Assembly: GCA_048213135.1 (NCBI GenBank)
Contig: PS015423.1
Location: 1 to 34,710 of the forward strand
Source of the DNA: Reclinomonas americana ATCC 50394
Lineage: Eukaryota
Direction: 5' to 3'
DNA: 34,710 nucleotides
Part shown: one piece after another, positions 23,909 to 34,710 of the stretch
Layout: the number at the start of each line of letters is the position of its first letter
Numbering within the stretch: the first letter of the stretch is position 1
Notes under the pieces: model-generated
The model's database searches: none
Told to the model about the DNA's origin: nothing
The model's input: only the letters and a program-made list of their open reading frames with translations
Made by a program: the position numbers and the translations under genes

Positions 23909-26900
23909 ACACACACCAATGACCGCAATAGTTGACTGGGACGTCCAACGCGAAGAACTCGTGCACACCGGACTCGGCACGGAATTCCGGTACCTCAATC
24001 GCCGTCGCACGCTCGGCGGCCGCAGTCTTGGCAGGCACCGCCTGCAACGGCAGCGCATCGCAGAACGATGCCACCGCCTTTTCTGCCGCCGACACGCTGA
24101 TCTTGTCTTCCACGGTCAGCATGACGCGCGGAGTGGTGAAATCTTGCAGGAAGCGCTTGTGCAGGGCCTGAGAAAGGATGTCACGGTGAGCAGTAGAAGC
24201 AGCAACAGCAGCAGCAGCAGCAGCAACAGCTCATACTGAAATATACTGTACCTGCAACTTGCTGGTGACTTCCTCCAGCGGCTGCTCACACAAGCTAAGC
24301 ATAAAGTTCACTTGTGTGATGCCTGATTCACGTTCCGCCAACCACTGCACACGCGCAAGAGACACATCGGTTGAGTAGGCTATATCCATCTCATTGAAAA
24401 CGCAGGCACGCAACACCACCCGGCGACAAGTACGAGCGAGCACGAGTCACCGCCAGCTGATGGCCTGAATCCGGCACCGCATTCGTCATGCGGTTCTGCA
24501 GCGACATGAGGAGGCTCTTCAGCTGGTCGTGGTCGGCAAAGTTTGGCTCTGTCACCACGCGTGCCAACAGCGACATCATCTCCGGTACTTTGCGCTCCAG
24601 CGCCGCGCCACCGAGGACAAACTCTTCGCGAATGGTGCGACCGTCTGCTCCACAGGAAAAAACACACAGTAATTAACCGGCAATCACATCCCTGCGTGCA
24701 GCAGCAATGTGTATCGCACCATGGTAGTCCACACGTGAGCGCACAGAGGCCGACACACCACCCGACACGTTCAACTCGAGCTCGCTGCACACAAAGAAAA
24801 ATGTGAGTCACGAGCAGAGACTGCGCAAAATATCTTTCGACAGCGCGCATAACTGCATATCGTAGTATGGCAGGGAGACGAGGCCGACCGACGTGAGAGC
24901 GTCGGCGTAGAGCGGCACCAGCATGCGCTCGTCGGCTGTCAGGAGCTTCGGCACCGGTAGCGAGCACACCAGATACCACAGCGAGTTGGTTGGCTGGTGG
25001 CTCACGTTGAGCTGAATAGGCACGCCCGACTTGCCGTCCGTCACGTGCTGCTGCAGCTGCGACGGCGACGGGAGCGAGCGGGACACGTCGTTGAGGGTGA
25101 GGGAGGGGAGGAGGGTGGCATCTGTGGAGGGGAATGCAGGAGAGTGGGAAGGGGGCATAGAAGAGCGCGTTGACGATCACGAGAAATGGCGCCCCCTCCG
25201 GCAACACCACCGCGGTCGGGTCGACGACGGTGGCGTAGCATGCTCAAACACTGCAATTCTTCCTTTCCTGCATGGTGATGCGACATCTCTCGCATCCATC
25301 TCTCTCTCTCTTCCTTTCCCGCAAATTCCCCACGCACCCTGCAACGACTCCTGTCTCTTCTTCAACTCGACGGCCATGGCGCGCAGCCACAGCGCCTCGT
25401 CCTCTCCCAAAAACTTGGTACGCGCAACCAATCGCTGCGACTCCTCCTGCCTCTCACGCTCCTTGAACTGACGATCTGGCAACATCGTCACCGTCACCTT
25501 GCGCTTGTTATTCAGCAGGTGGACCGAAACGAGTTGCTGGAAGAATGGCTCAGACTTGCAGCGCTTGGTGAGCATCTCCACTTTCTGCTCAAATATCAAT
25601 GTCAATGCAGCTGTGTGAGTCAGCGCACCCAGCACCTAGGCATTTCACACCTTGTTGACGGAGAACAGTCGCGCTGGATCGCCACCGTGCAGCCAGAAAG
25701 GCATGACGCGCGCGGCTGCGTTGATACCGAACGACGTGCCGACCTACGCCTCACACAGTGAGGCAAAGCTCGCCCACCACCCACCACGACCGCGGCATGG
25801 ACGCAACATTCTTCTGCCCGAGCTCGATCTGGTGCAGGCACGCATCGATGGTCTGCTGCGGGAAACCCTGGCGGGCAACTGACTGCAGCGTGGACTCGAT
25901 GGCGGCCTCGATGGCCGGGAAGTCGTCGGCCGACGCTCCCTGCACGCCAATGCCAAAGAAAGGTTGCCTGCGCCACGATAAGCGATCGGATGGAGACACA
26001 GAGTGCGTGCGAGAAATTCACTCACCGCAGCTGGCTCTCAAAGCCAGTGGCCGGCGCAAAGTCGCTGCCGAGATGCGATTGCAGCAGTGCCTCCGGGAGA
26101 GCACGTGTGAACAGCAACTGGGAGAGCATGGACAGGGAGAAGCACTCAAAGTCGTCCTGCAAGAGGTCGACTGATGGATGAGGACAAGGGGTGTCGCACA
26201 AAGAGGAAGGGAGAAGACCGCTCACCAGCACATGAGCTGTCGGGTAGATGTTAATGTAGCGTGCTTGGCGATTGGCATCCGACACTGCAAACAGTGTGTG
26301 GGTTTCGGGGCGTGGGTGGGGAGAGATAAAAATCAGGCGTGCCGCCACAGCCACGCAACAGTCATCAAGCGGCCCCTGGAGATCCACACGCGAGCCACGC
26401 TGCGTGCTCTCCGCCACGACATTGCGATACATCTCGCTGATGCGTCGGCTCATTGGCGGATACAGCACTTGGCGCCCGTGCTGACGCAGAGCGTCAACCA
26501 CTGCCGTGTTGATGGTCTCCAGGTGCTGCTCGAGCGGGAAGTTTCCGTACGTGTACAGGAATGCGTTGGACAGGTTGTAGTAACGCTGGTAAAAACCGAC
26601 GAGCTCCTCTCGATCGAGATTGAGAATCTCCAACGGGTCGCCACCGCTGCACCGAGGTTTTGGTGATGGGAGGGGAAAGGAGGCAAAGGGAGAAGGCGAC
26701 TGCACCTGTTGAAACCATAGGGGGAATCGGGAAACACAGCCGCCAACATGCGCCGGTAAAACAGCGAATTCGGGTCACTCATGGCGCCCTTCATCTCGTT
26801 GAACACGACGCCCTTGAACTCAAACGGCGAGTGTTTGTCTGTCCACGCTTGAAGGTGAGGGTATTTGTTTCAACGACAATAGTAACAAGGTGTCCATTAC

Positions 26901-27350
26901 CGTCGGGGTTCTGCGGCTCCAACCGATGACCCTCCTGCATAAAGTCCATCGGGTGCAGCTTCGGGAAGAAGACGGCGTCCAGGTAGACATTCATCAAATT
27001 GCGAAAGTCGGCTGCATTCTGCGTGGAGAACGGGAACATGGTGAAGTCTTGCGCTGCGAATTCGTGGAGAGAGAACGAGAGAGGGAGTGAGGGAAAGAGA
27101 GAAAAAGGGAGCAATGCAGGAAAAAGCCAAGGGTCTGAACCTGTCCACGCATTCATGTACTGTGTGACGTGGGCGGGTGAGCACCAAACACAAACAACGG
27201 TGATCACCACCACAAACCGTCTGCATCGACCGGTTGATCATCTTCATGAACGGATCGCGCACCGGGTACCGCTCCGAGCCGCACAGGAGAAGGTGCTCGA
27301 GAATGTGCGGAATGCCTTTGCTGTTGGTCACTGGGGTGCGAAAGGCCACA
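23909..27350 (-). CDS. PITRM1: Presequence protease (PreP/Cym1/PITRM1, peptidase M16C), about 15 exons; N- and C-termini lost in gaps
   Basis: Zinc motif PHILEHLLLCGSERYPVRDPF (HxxEH), YMNAWT, NLMNVYLDAVFFP, QEGHR, KGVVFNEMKG, SGGDP, DSGH. Confidence 0.93.
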
Positions 27351-27361
27351 CTGCAGATAGA

Positions 27362-27629
<268 letters not shown>

Positions 27630-27636
27630 ATCACAG

Positions 27637-28154
27637 CGCGCGGCATATTGGCTGGTGCTTCTGGTGGGCACCAGTGTGCTCTTTCCGTACAATGCCATGC
27701 TCACAGCGTACGACTTTTTTAGGTCAGTGGAAAACAAGAGAGAGAGAGAGAGAGAGAGAGCAACAGAGTGCGAAAAACCAAGAGCATGTTTGCATGATGT
27801 GCAGTTGGAATCTCAGTATCTCTTCTCTCTCTCTCTTCTCTCTGTTGCAGCTTCCTGTACCCATCGCTGAAGATCGAGTTCTGGATCATGATCTGTGCCA
27901 CGTTTCCCAACCTGCTGGGCGTGACACTGACCACTCTGTATGGAGGGCGCATCAGCATGGGAGGGCGAGCGTACACCACGTGCGACACGCGATTGCTTTC
28001 TTTCTTGTCTCCACTTGTCAGTGCTGCTCACCTCCCTCTTTCCCTCTATCCCCCCTCTCTCTCCCTCCGTCCCCCTCCCTCTCCCTTCCCTCCTTTCCCT
28101 CTCACCCTCTCTCTGTTTCTGTGTCTATTGTTTTNNNNNNNNNNNNNNNNNNNN

Positions 28155-28198
<44 letters not shown>

Positions 28199-29032
28199 TA
28201 CTCATATTCTGGACTTTTTCTCTTCTTGCACAATTCTCTCCGTCTCGTTTCCTTCCTCCTCTCCTCTCTTCGTCTCCTTATTACCCTCCTCCTCTCCAGT
28301 TGCAAATCACTCCTCACTCCCTCCCTTCTCTCCCTCCCAGTGAAAAAAGCCGGCACCATCTTCCGCAAAGTGTGGGTCTCCGGCATCTTTGTGGCCCTCA
28401 ACTTTATGCTGACCCTCACCGTGTTTCCGAGTCTGTTCACGGAGATTGACACGAACTTGTTGCCGCACGACTGGTTTGCCACCATCCTTATTGTTGCGTC
28501 CGGTAACCGTGCTTGTGGACGTTTCAAAAAACCACTCATCCTCCTTGTGTGTGTGTGTTTGCAGACGCTGTTTAACCTTTTTGATCTCGTGTCGCGCTTC
28601 CTCCCGAGAGTGTGGATGATGCCGCTAAAGTGGTGCTACTGTTGCGTACCCCTTGGTACCGCACCAACCTCTCTTTGGCACCGCACTCATCACCCCTCGC
28701 GCAGTCACCGTGACCATGCGAGTGGTCATCTTCCTGCCACTGTTCCTAATGCTGGTGCGTGGCACCATTGTCTCCGACTCGCTGGCCATTATCGGCGCCA
28801 TTCTTGTGGGTCTCACCAATGGCTACTTTGGAGGTTTGATTGTCTCAGTCCTGCCGTGCCCGCCCGCCCGGCATCTCACTTGCTGTGCACAGTGGTGCTC
28901 ATTGTGCTGGCCTCCTACACGGTCGATCCAGAGGAGCGCGAGACCGCCGGCAATTTGTTGGTCGTGGCCATTTTGGTTGGCGTGGCGTCTGGAGCGCTCA
29001 TGGCCTACGGCCTCGACTCCCTAATTCATTGA
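27637..29032 (+). CDS. Equilibrative nucleoside transporter (ENT/SLC29 family), partial; start and middle exons missing in gaps
   Basis: LVGTSVLFPYNAMLTAYDFF (TM1), NFMLTLTVFPSL, LFNLFDLVSR, VGLTNGYFG, ERETAGNLLV; stop at 29030-29032. Confidence 0.9.
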
Positions 29033-29277
29033 CACCCACCCACCCACCCCCTCGGTGCACGCACACACTATAAAGTACAATCTGTGTAGACCAAAATGTT
29101 TTCTCTTCTTCACTCGGCAATAAACAAATTTTCTCTCCCACCCCCTCCCCCGTCCTTGTTTCGCACGTGAGCATTTCTCTCAGCGTCAGGACAACCGACA
29201 CCGAGCGGGGCACACACGCGTGCTATTTCTCCAAACCCAAAAGACATTTTTTTCTCTCTCTCTCTCTACACCTCTCC

Positions 29278-32200
29278 TCATCTCGGATTCCAGCCCAACG
29301 GGCGCGGCGTAACCAAACTCGACTGCGGCGTGGCCGCAACGACTGGCGGACCACCACGCCCGTTGACTGGCTGGGCGCGATTCGCCGCAGCCGCTGCGGA
29401 CTGCTGCGCATCGGTCGCACCACCCGTGTCCACCATGACTGAGAATGCCGGCTGCTCCGACTTTGCCTGCTGCTTCTGCTGCACTAGGGGCTGCGGCTCC
29501 ATGTCACGCGTCGGCAGAGTGCCGGTATCTGGCAACTCATCGACGCCGACCTTGAACTGCGGCAAAACATACGAGGCAGACTGCGGAGCCACCGCACCAC
29601 GCAGACGCATCGACTCGGCGGGTGTGAATGACCGACCGGCCTGCATCGACTCGATGGAGAGCGGCATATGCGAACCGCCGACGCCGCCATACGCCGGATA
29701 GGCATACGGCGACACGGCAGCCGGCGGCATTGGGCGAACCTGCTGTTGCTGCTGCTGTTGCTGCGGCTGATACGCGGGTCGGCCCATGTGCACTGTGTTG
29801 GCGCGGTGGTGTCAGCAACATCAAACACAAAAAAGCGATTTTTCGCTCACAACAGACGCAACTCGGTTGGGTGGCTGGTGCCTGACGGGGCAACTGCTGC
29901 GGCTGCACGGCAGGCGGTGATCCGGCGTCGGAGGAGGACCACGAATCCGGACTGGCCATGGTGGACGGACCAATGGCACTCGGCTGCATGCCACTCGAGG
30001 CCAGCGGCAGCGGCGGCACCACCGGTCGAGTCTTCTGCTGCGAGCCACCGCCTGTGCGACGAGCTAGTGCCGCCACACGCTCAAACAGCTGGCCCATCGC
30101 TTGTTCGATCTTGCCAGACTCGACGTCGACCCACTTCTTCAGCTGCGTGGTCGATGCCGAAATGTCGCGGCTGACATTGGCAATGGCCTCGCTCTCCCCA
30201 ATGGCACTCGCGCCAGAACCACCAAACTGATGCTGTCGGCGCAACTCCTCGTACTTGGTGCGCATGGTCTTGAGCTCCATCTGGCTCTTCACAAGCCGCT
30301 CCTTGAGCTCCGACACAGAGCCGCTCGTCAGGCTCGCCAACGAGCGATCGTCGGCGGCACTCGATACCGAGGACGACGACGATGACGACGATGACATGGC
30401 TGCGGCACCGGCCGGCGGATTCGTGTAAATTGTCGTCGAGCCGGTGGTCGTACGAGGTGGCGGCATGGGCAGGTCGGGCAAGCCGAGGCGGCTGCGCAAC
30501 TGACGAATTTCCACTCGCAGCTGCATCATCTCCTCCTCGGCAGCCAGACGGCGATCGCGCTCCTCATGCACTTGCATCTCAGTGACGGTCATGGTACCGC
30601 GCAGGAGACCTGAGCCCAGCTCTGAATTGGCCTCGCGACGCCGTGCCTCGTGCAGCGTTCGCTTAAAGTCATCGAGCGTGTCGGTGAGGCGGCGAATCTC
30701 CGCATCGTCCTCCACCTTCATGCGGCGCATCTCTTCCACCAACTGCTTGCTGGTAATGTGCTGCTGCCGGGCATCGTCACGCTCCGACGTCAAGCGCGTC
30801 GTGCGCTGCTCCATCATCTCAAGCTGCGCGGCCTTGCGCTGCAACTCGTCCTTGGCGTTCTCCACCACCACTCGCAACTCGGCCACCGAGGCGCGTGCAA
30901 TCGCCAGCTCGTTCTCGCGCTCAGTATCCAGCATACCGCCCTGGTCACGCTCCCGATCGGCATACTCCTTGGTCATGCGTACCAGCGTCTCCCGAGCGTC
31001 GTCCAGCTTGTCGCTGAGCTCGGCATTCTCCCGGCACTGCTGCACGAGGCTCTCCTCCTTGCGCTGCACTTGATCTTCGGCCTGCTGCCACAACAGACGC
31101 AAGCNNNNNNNNNNNNNNNNNNNNGCCAGCTCGCCGGTAAGCTGCTGGCCGTGCTCCTCGCTCGTCGCCAGCTGCTGCTTCAGTGCGGCAATCTGTTCGC
31201 CCAGTTGATGGCCCTCCTGGCCACTGGCAGCAAGCTGCTCGCGAGCCGTCGCCAGCTCGGCAGTGAGCTGCTTGCCGTGCTCCTCGCTCGTCGACAGCTG
31301 CTGCTTCAGTGCGGCAATCTGCTCGCCCAGCTGATGGCCCTCCTGGCCGCTGGCCGCAAGCTGTTCGCGAGCCGTCGTCAGCTCGGTAGTGAGCTGCTGA
31401 CCATGCTCTTCGCTCGTCGCCAACTGCTGCTTCAACGCGGCAATCTGCTCGCCCAGTTGGTGGCCCTCCTGGCCACTGGCAGCCAGCTGCTCGCGAGCCG
31501 TCGCCAGCTCGCCGGTAAGCTGCTGGCCGTGCTCTTCGCTCGTCGCCAACTGCTGCTTCAACGTGGCAATCTGCTCGCCCAACTGGTGGCCCTCCTGGCC
31601 ACTGGCCGCGAGCTGCTCGCGAGCCGTCGCCAGCTCGGCAGTGAGTTGCTTGCCGTGCTCCCCGCTCGTCGCCAACTGCTGCTTCAGCGTGGCAATCTGC
31701 TCGCCCAGCTGGTGGCCCTCCTGGCCGCTGGCCGCAAGCTGCTCGCGAGCCGTCGCCAGCTCGGCGGTAAGCTGCTGGCCGTGCTCTTCGCTCGTCGCCA
31801 ACTGCTGCTTCAACGTGGCAATTTGCTCGCCCAGCTGGTGGCCCTCCTGGCCGCTGGCCGCAAGCTGCTCGCGAGCCGTCGCCAGCTCGGCAGTGAGTTG
31901 CTTGCCCTCCTCCTCGCTCGTCGCCAGCTGCTGCTTCAGTGCGGCAATCTGCTCGCCCAGCTTGTGGCCCTCCTGGCCACTGGCCGCGAGCTGTTCGCGA
32001 GCCGTCGCCAACTCGGCAGCAAGCTGCTGACCGTGCTCCTCGCTCGTCGCCAATTGGTCTCTGACATCTGCAAGGTCGCTCTCCAGTACGTTGTTGCTCT
32101 CCTCACGAGCCGCCAGTTGTTGCGAGAGCGCAGTAATCTGCGCGGCCTGCTGACTGCGCTCCTCCTCGTTGACTGTCAGCTGGGTTGCAAGTTGTTCGCA

Positions 32201-34710
32201 CTGTTGCTTGCTGGCGGCCAGTTCCTCTGCCGAAGTGGCGAGCTCAGCACGGAGGTCCTCTTCTTGCATCCGGTTGGCAGCCAACTGAGTACGCATCGAC
32301 TCCAGGTCGCCTCGCGCGGCGTCGAGATCGTCAGTCAGTTGCGTGACGCGTTCGCCTGATGCCTGCAGCGCACGCGACGACTCCTCGCACTTGGAGTTCC
32401 ATTCGTGGACCGACTTGTCGAGCGAAGCCGCCCGCTGCTCCGATCTACGCACCCCCACAATTTGCATGAGCGCGGTGTAACAACACGGAAAGAGACAGAA
32501 ATCGATTACGCAACGATTCAAAATCGGATCGAGCCGCAGCCAGTTGCTTCTCCAGATCGTCGACGCGCTGCGATTGCACAGAGAACTGTGATTGCAGCTG
32601 CGCGTGCGACACCTGCAATGTGGCGAGCTCCGAGCCGCGGTTTTCGGCATCGGAAGCCGAGCTGAAAAACCACACAACAATAAGACAACTGCAATCACCA
32701 TGCGGCTACTGAACAAGCACACGAACCTTTGCAACAAATCGCGGAGCGACTTGAGTTCCGTTTCTTGTGCCGCCACCGTCGCCGTGGCCTCTGCAAGCTC
32801 ATTGGTGGTCGTGTCCAGCTGGCGACGCAGCTGCCCAGCTTTCTCTTCGAGATCAGCAATGGTGTTGCTGAGTTCGTTCTCTTGGCGAGTGAGCTGCTGC
32901 TGGAGCGCCATGATCGAGTCGTCACGTGTCTGGATGCCGGCGTGCGCCTCGGCGAGTTCCGCACACACACTGAATACGATTTGAATGTGAACGAAACTAT
33001 CAATCAAGGCACACGAGGCATGTCACGCTACCGTCCAAGCTCCTCAGTCTGCGTCGCCAATCGGGCATTGACAGCGTCCAGTTCTCCGCGAATCTCGTCA
33101 CGCTCGGCCACCGTCCTGTGCGTGAGTCGCGCCAAGTTAGCGTCGGTGCAAACCGGAAACAACTGCAAAGCAATAAACACACTTCTCCAGCGAAGCCTCA
33201 GTGCGGTGAACCAACTCCTTCTCGCTGGTCAATTCGCTGGTCAGCGTCACTGTGCGATCCTGCAAATTGTCGACATCGCGGCATGCGGCATCCAGCTCCG
33301 CCGACAGGCCAGAGAGTCGGTTGGTGAGTTGCGTATTCTCCTCAGCCGACTTGACCACTTGTGCGCGCAACGTCTCGCACTCGGCGGTCGAGCTGTGGGA
33401 CCTCTTGAGNNNNNNNNNNNNNNNNNNNNAAACAAAACATAGGAGGAAACGCTGGCGGACAAACAAACGCACTTGTTGAGCGCCTCTGTCAGCTCGACGA
33501 CTTGCGCATTCTGGTTCTGCATCTCCTTGTAGTTCGACTCAATGGTGGCACGCAGAGCGCTCATCTCCTGCTGATGGCGCGCGAATTCGGCTGTGGTGCT
33601 CGCGAAGTCGCCAGAAAGCGCTTCCAACTGTTGCAATTGTGAAGCTGACTTGCTTTCGGCCTCCTCCAACTTGTGCTGCAGTCTGCATGTCCGCGTTCAC
33701 GTGAGAAGGGACGCCTACGCGAATCGCGTGGAATTGATAAACGACGCAACTCTGCCACTTGCTTCCCCAACGCATCGCACTTGGACTCGTGCTGCGACAA
33801 CATCATGGTGATTCTGGCGTGCACACAGCGTGAGTGATGCACGCAGAACCAAAACACAAGGCGTGCATGCTACACAACTGCGACTGCAACGTGGCAGCCT
33901 CCTTGGCGGCCGCGTCGCGCTGCTCCGTCACCTCAGCCTTCTGTGCCAGCTCACGCTCCAAGTGGGCGCGCACCTCTGCCAGATTGGCTTCGAGACTCGA
34001 CCGGTGCGAATCACTGCGTTCGGCCGTCGCCTGCAGCGACGTATGGGCACCCTGCAGCGTCTTGTGCTCCTCACTAAGCGACGCGTGCTGCTGTTGCAGA
34101 GACGCGTGCTTGACAGAGAGCGCCTGGAACTGCTGTTGGGACTCCTNNNNNNNNNNNNNNNNNNNNGGTGGTTCACGGCGCGATCCTTCTCGAGCTGTTG
34201 CGTCAGTGCGGCAGATTCCTGGCGCGAGCTCGCCAAATCGGTCTCCACCGCTGTCTTACTCGCCTCGAGCGTTTGAATCGTGGCACGAGCTGCGGCGAGA
34301 TCTTGACGCAATCTGGCGGAATGTTACATCAGTAACTGTCAAGCTCAGCCACGGATGACGTATGACATTGTAGACAACGCAACTGTTGTTCGGCAGCACG
34401 CACAGCACCCAGTTCGTGCTGTCCGGCGCCCACGCTGCTCTCTAGCTCCACCTTCGCAGCACTCAGCGTCTGCACGGTGCCTTGCGCGGTGGACAGTTCG
34501 CTCTTGAGGCTGTGGAAGGGAAGTGTGAGGAACTTTCACCAAGAATAGTCAACAAGAGAGGTGCTGACAGACCTGGCCACGACATCTCGCTCCGCGTGCA
34601 GTTGCTGCGACAGGGACGAGCACTCCTTTTGTGACGTTCCCAGTGCACCTTCCAGCTCCACCTTCGCAGCACTCAGAGTCTGCACGGTGCCTTGCGCGGT
34701 GGACAGTTCG
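29278..34710 (-). CDS. Very long coiled-coil protein with internal 42-aa repeats and a Pro/Gln/Ser-rich C-terminal tail; 5' end beyond the window
   Basis: Heptad-rich E/Q/L/A translation joined across about 10 GT-AG introns; stop at 29278-29280. Confidence 0.8.
31125..32056 (-). repeat. 126-bp coding tandem repeat (QLATSEEHGQQLTAELATAREQLAASGQEGHQLGEQIAALKQ), 7 full units plus a partial unit, ending at an N-gap
   Basis: Seen in the translation of ORF 29537-33007 and in the DNA. Confidence 0.95.

Noticed and set aside
30650-32359. 569-aa plus-strand ORF
   Set aside because: Antisense shadow of the repetitive coiled-coil gene.

Overview
Eukaryotic (protist-like) draft-genome scaffold with many short spliceosomal introns (mostly 60-75 nt), (GA)n microsatellites and N-gaps. 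Conserved-looking genes: a soluble adenylyl cyclase-like STAND protein (+, about 53-9678), a Rab32/38-type GTPase (-, 10591-13530), presequence protease PreP/PITRM1 (-, partial), an equilibrative nucleoside transporter (+, partial) and a long coiled-coil protein with 126-bp repeats (-). Between 13.6 and 23.9 kb is an accessory-looking block: a decayed R2/NeSL-like non-LTR reverse transcriptase, a multi-pass membrane gene head-to-head with a predicted N-myristoylated protein ending in near-identical 42-aa TPR repeats, a truncated and partly inverted second copy of the Rab gene, and a ubiquitin-like + HEPN (RNxxxH) protein. The most striking pattern is that at least 13 introns in four unrelated genes appear to start with the same register-shifted donor, GTTGCGT. 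All gene models were built by eye, without RNA or database evidence.
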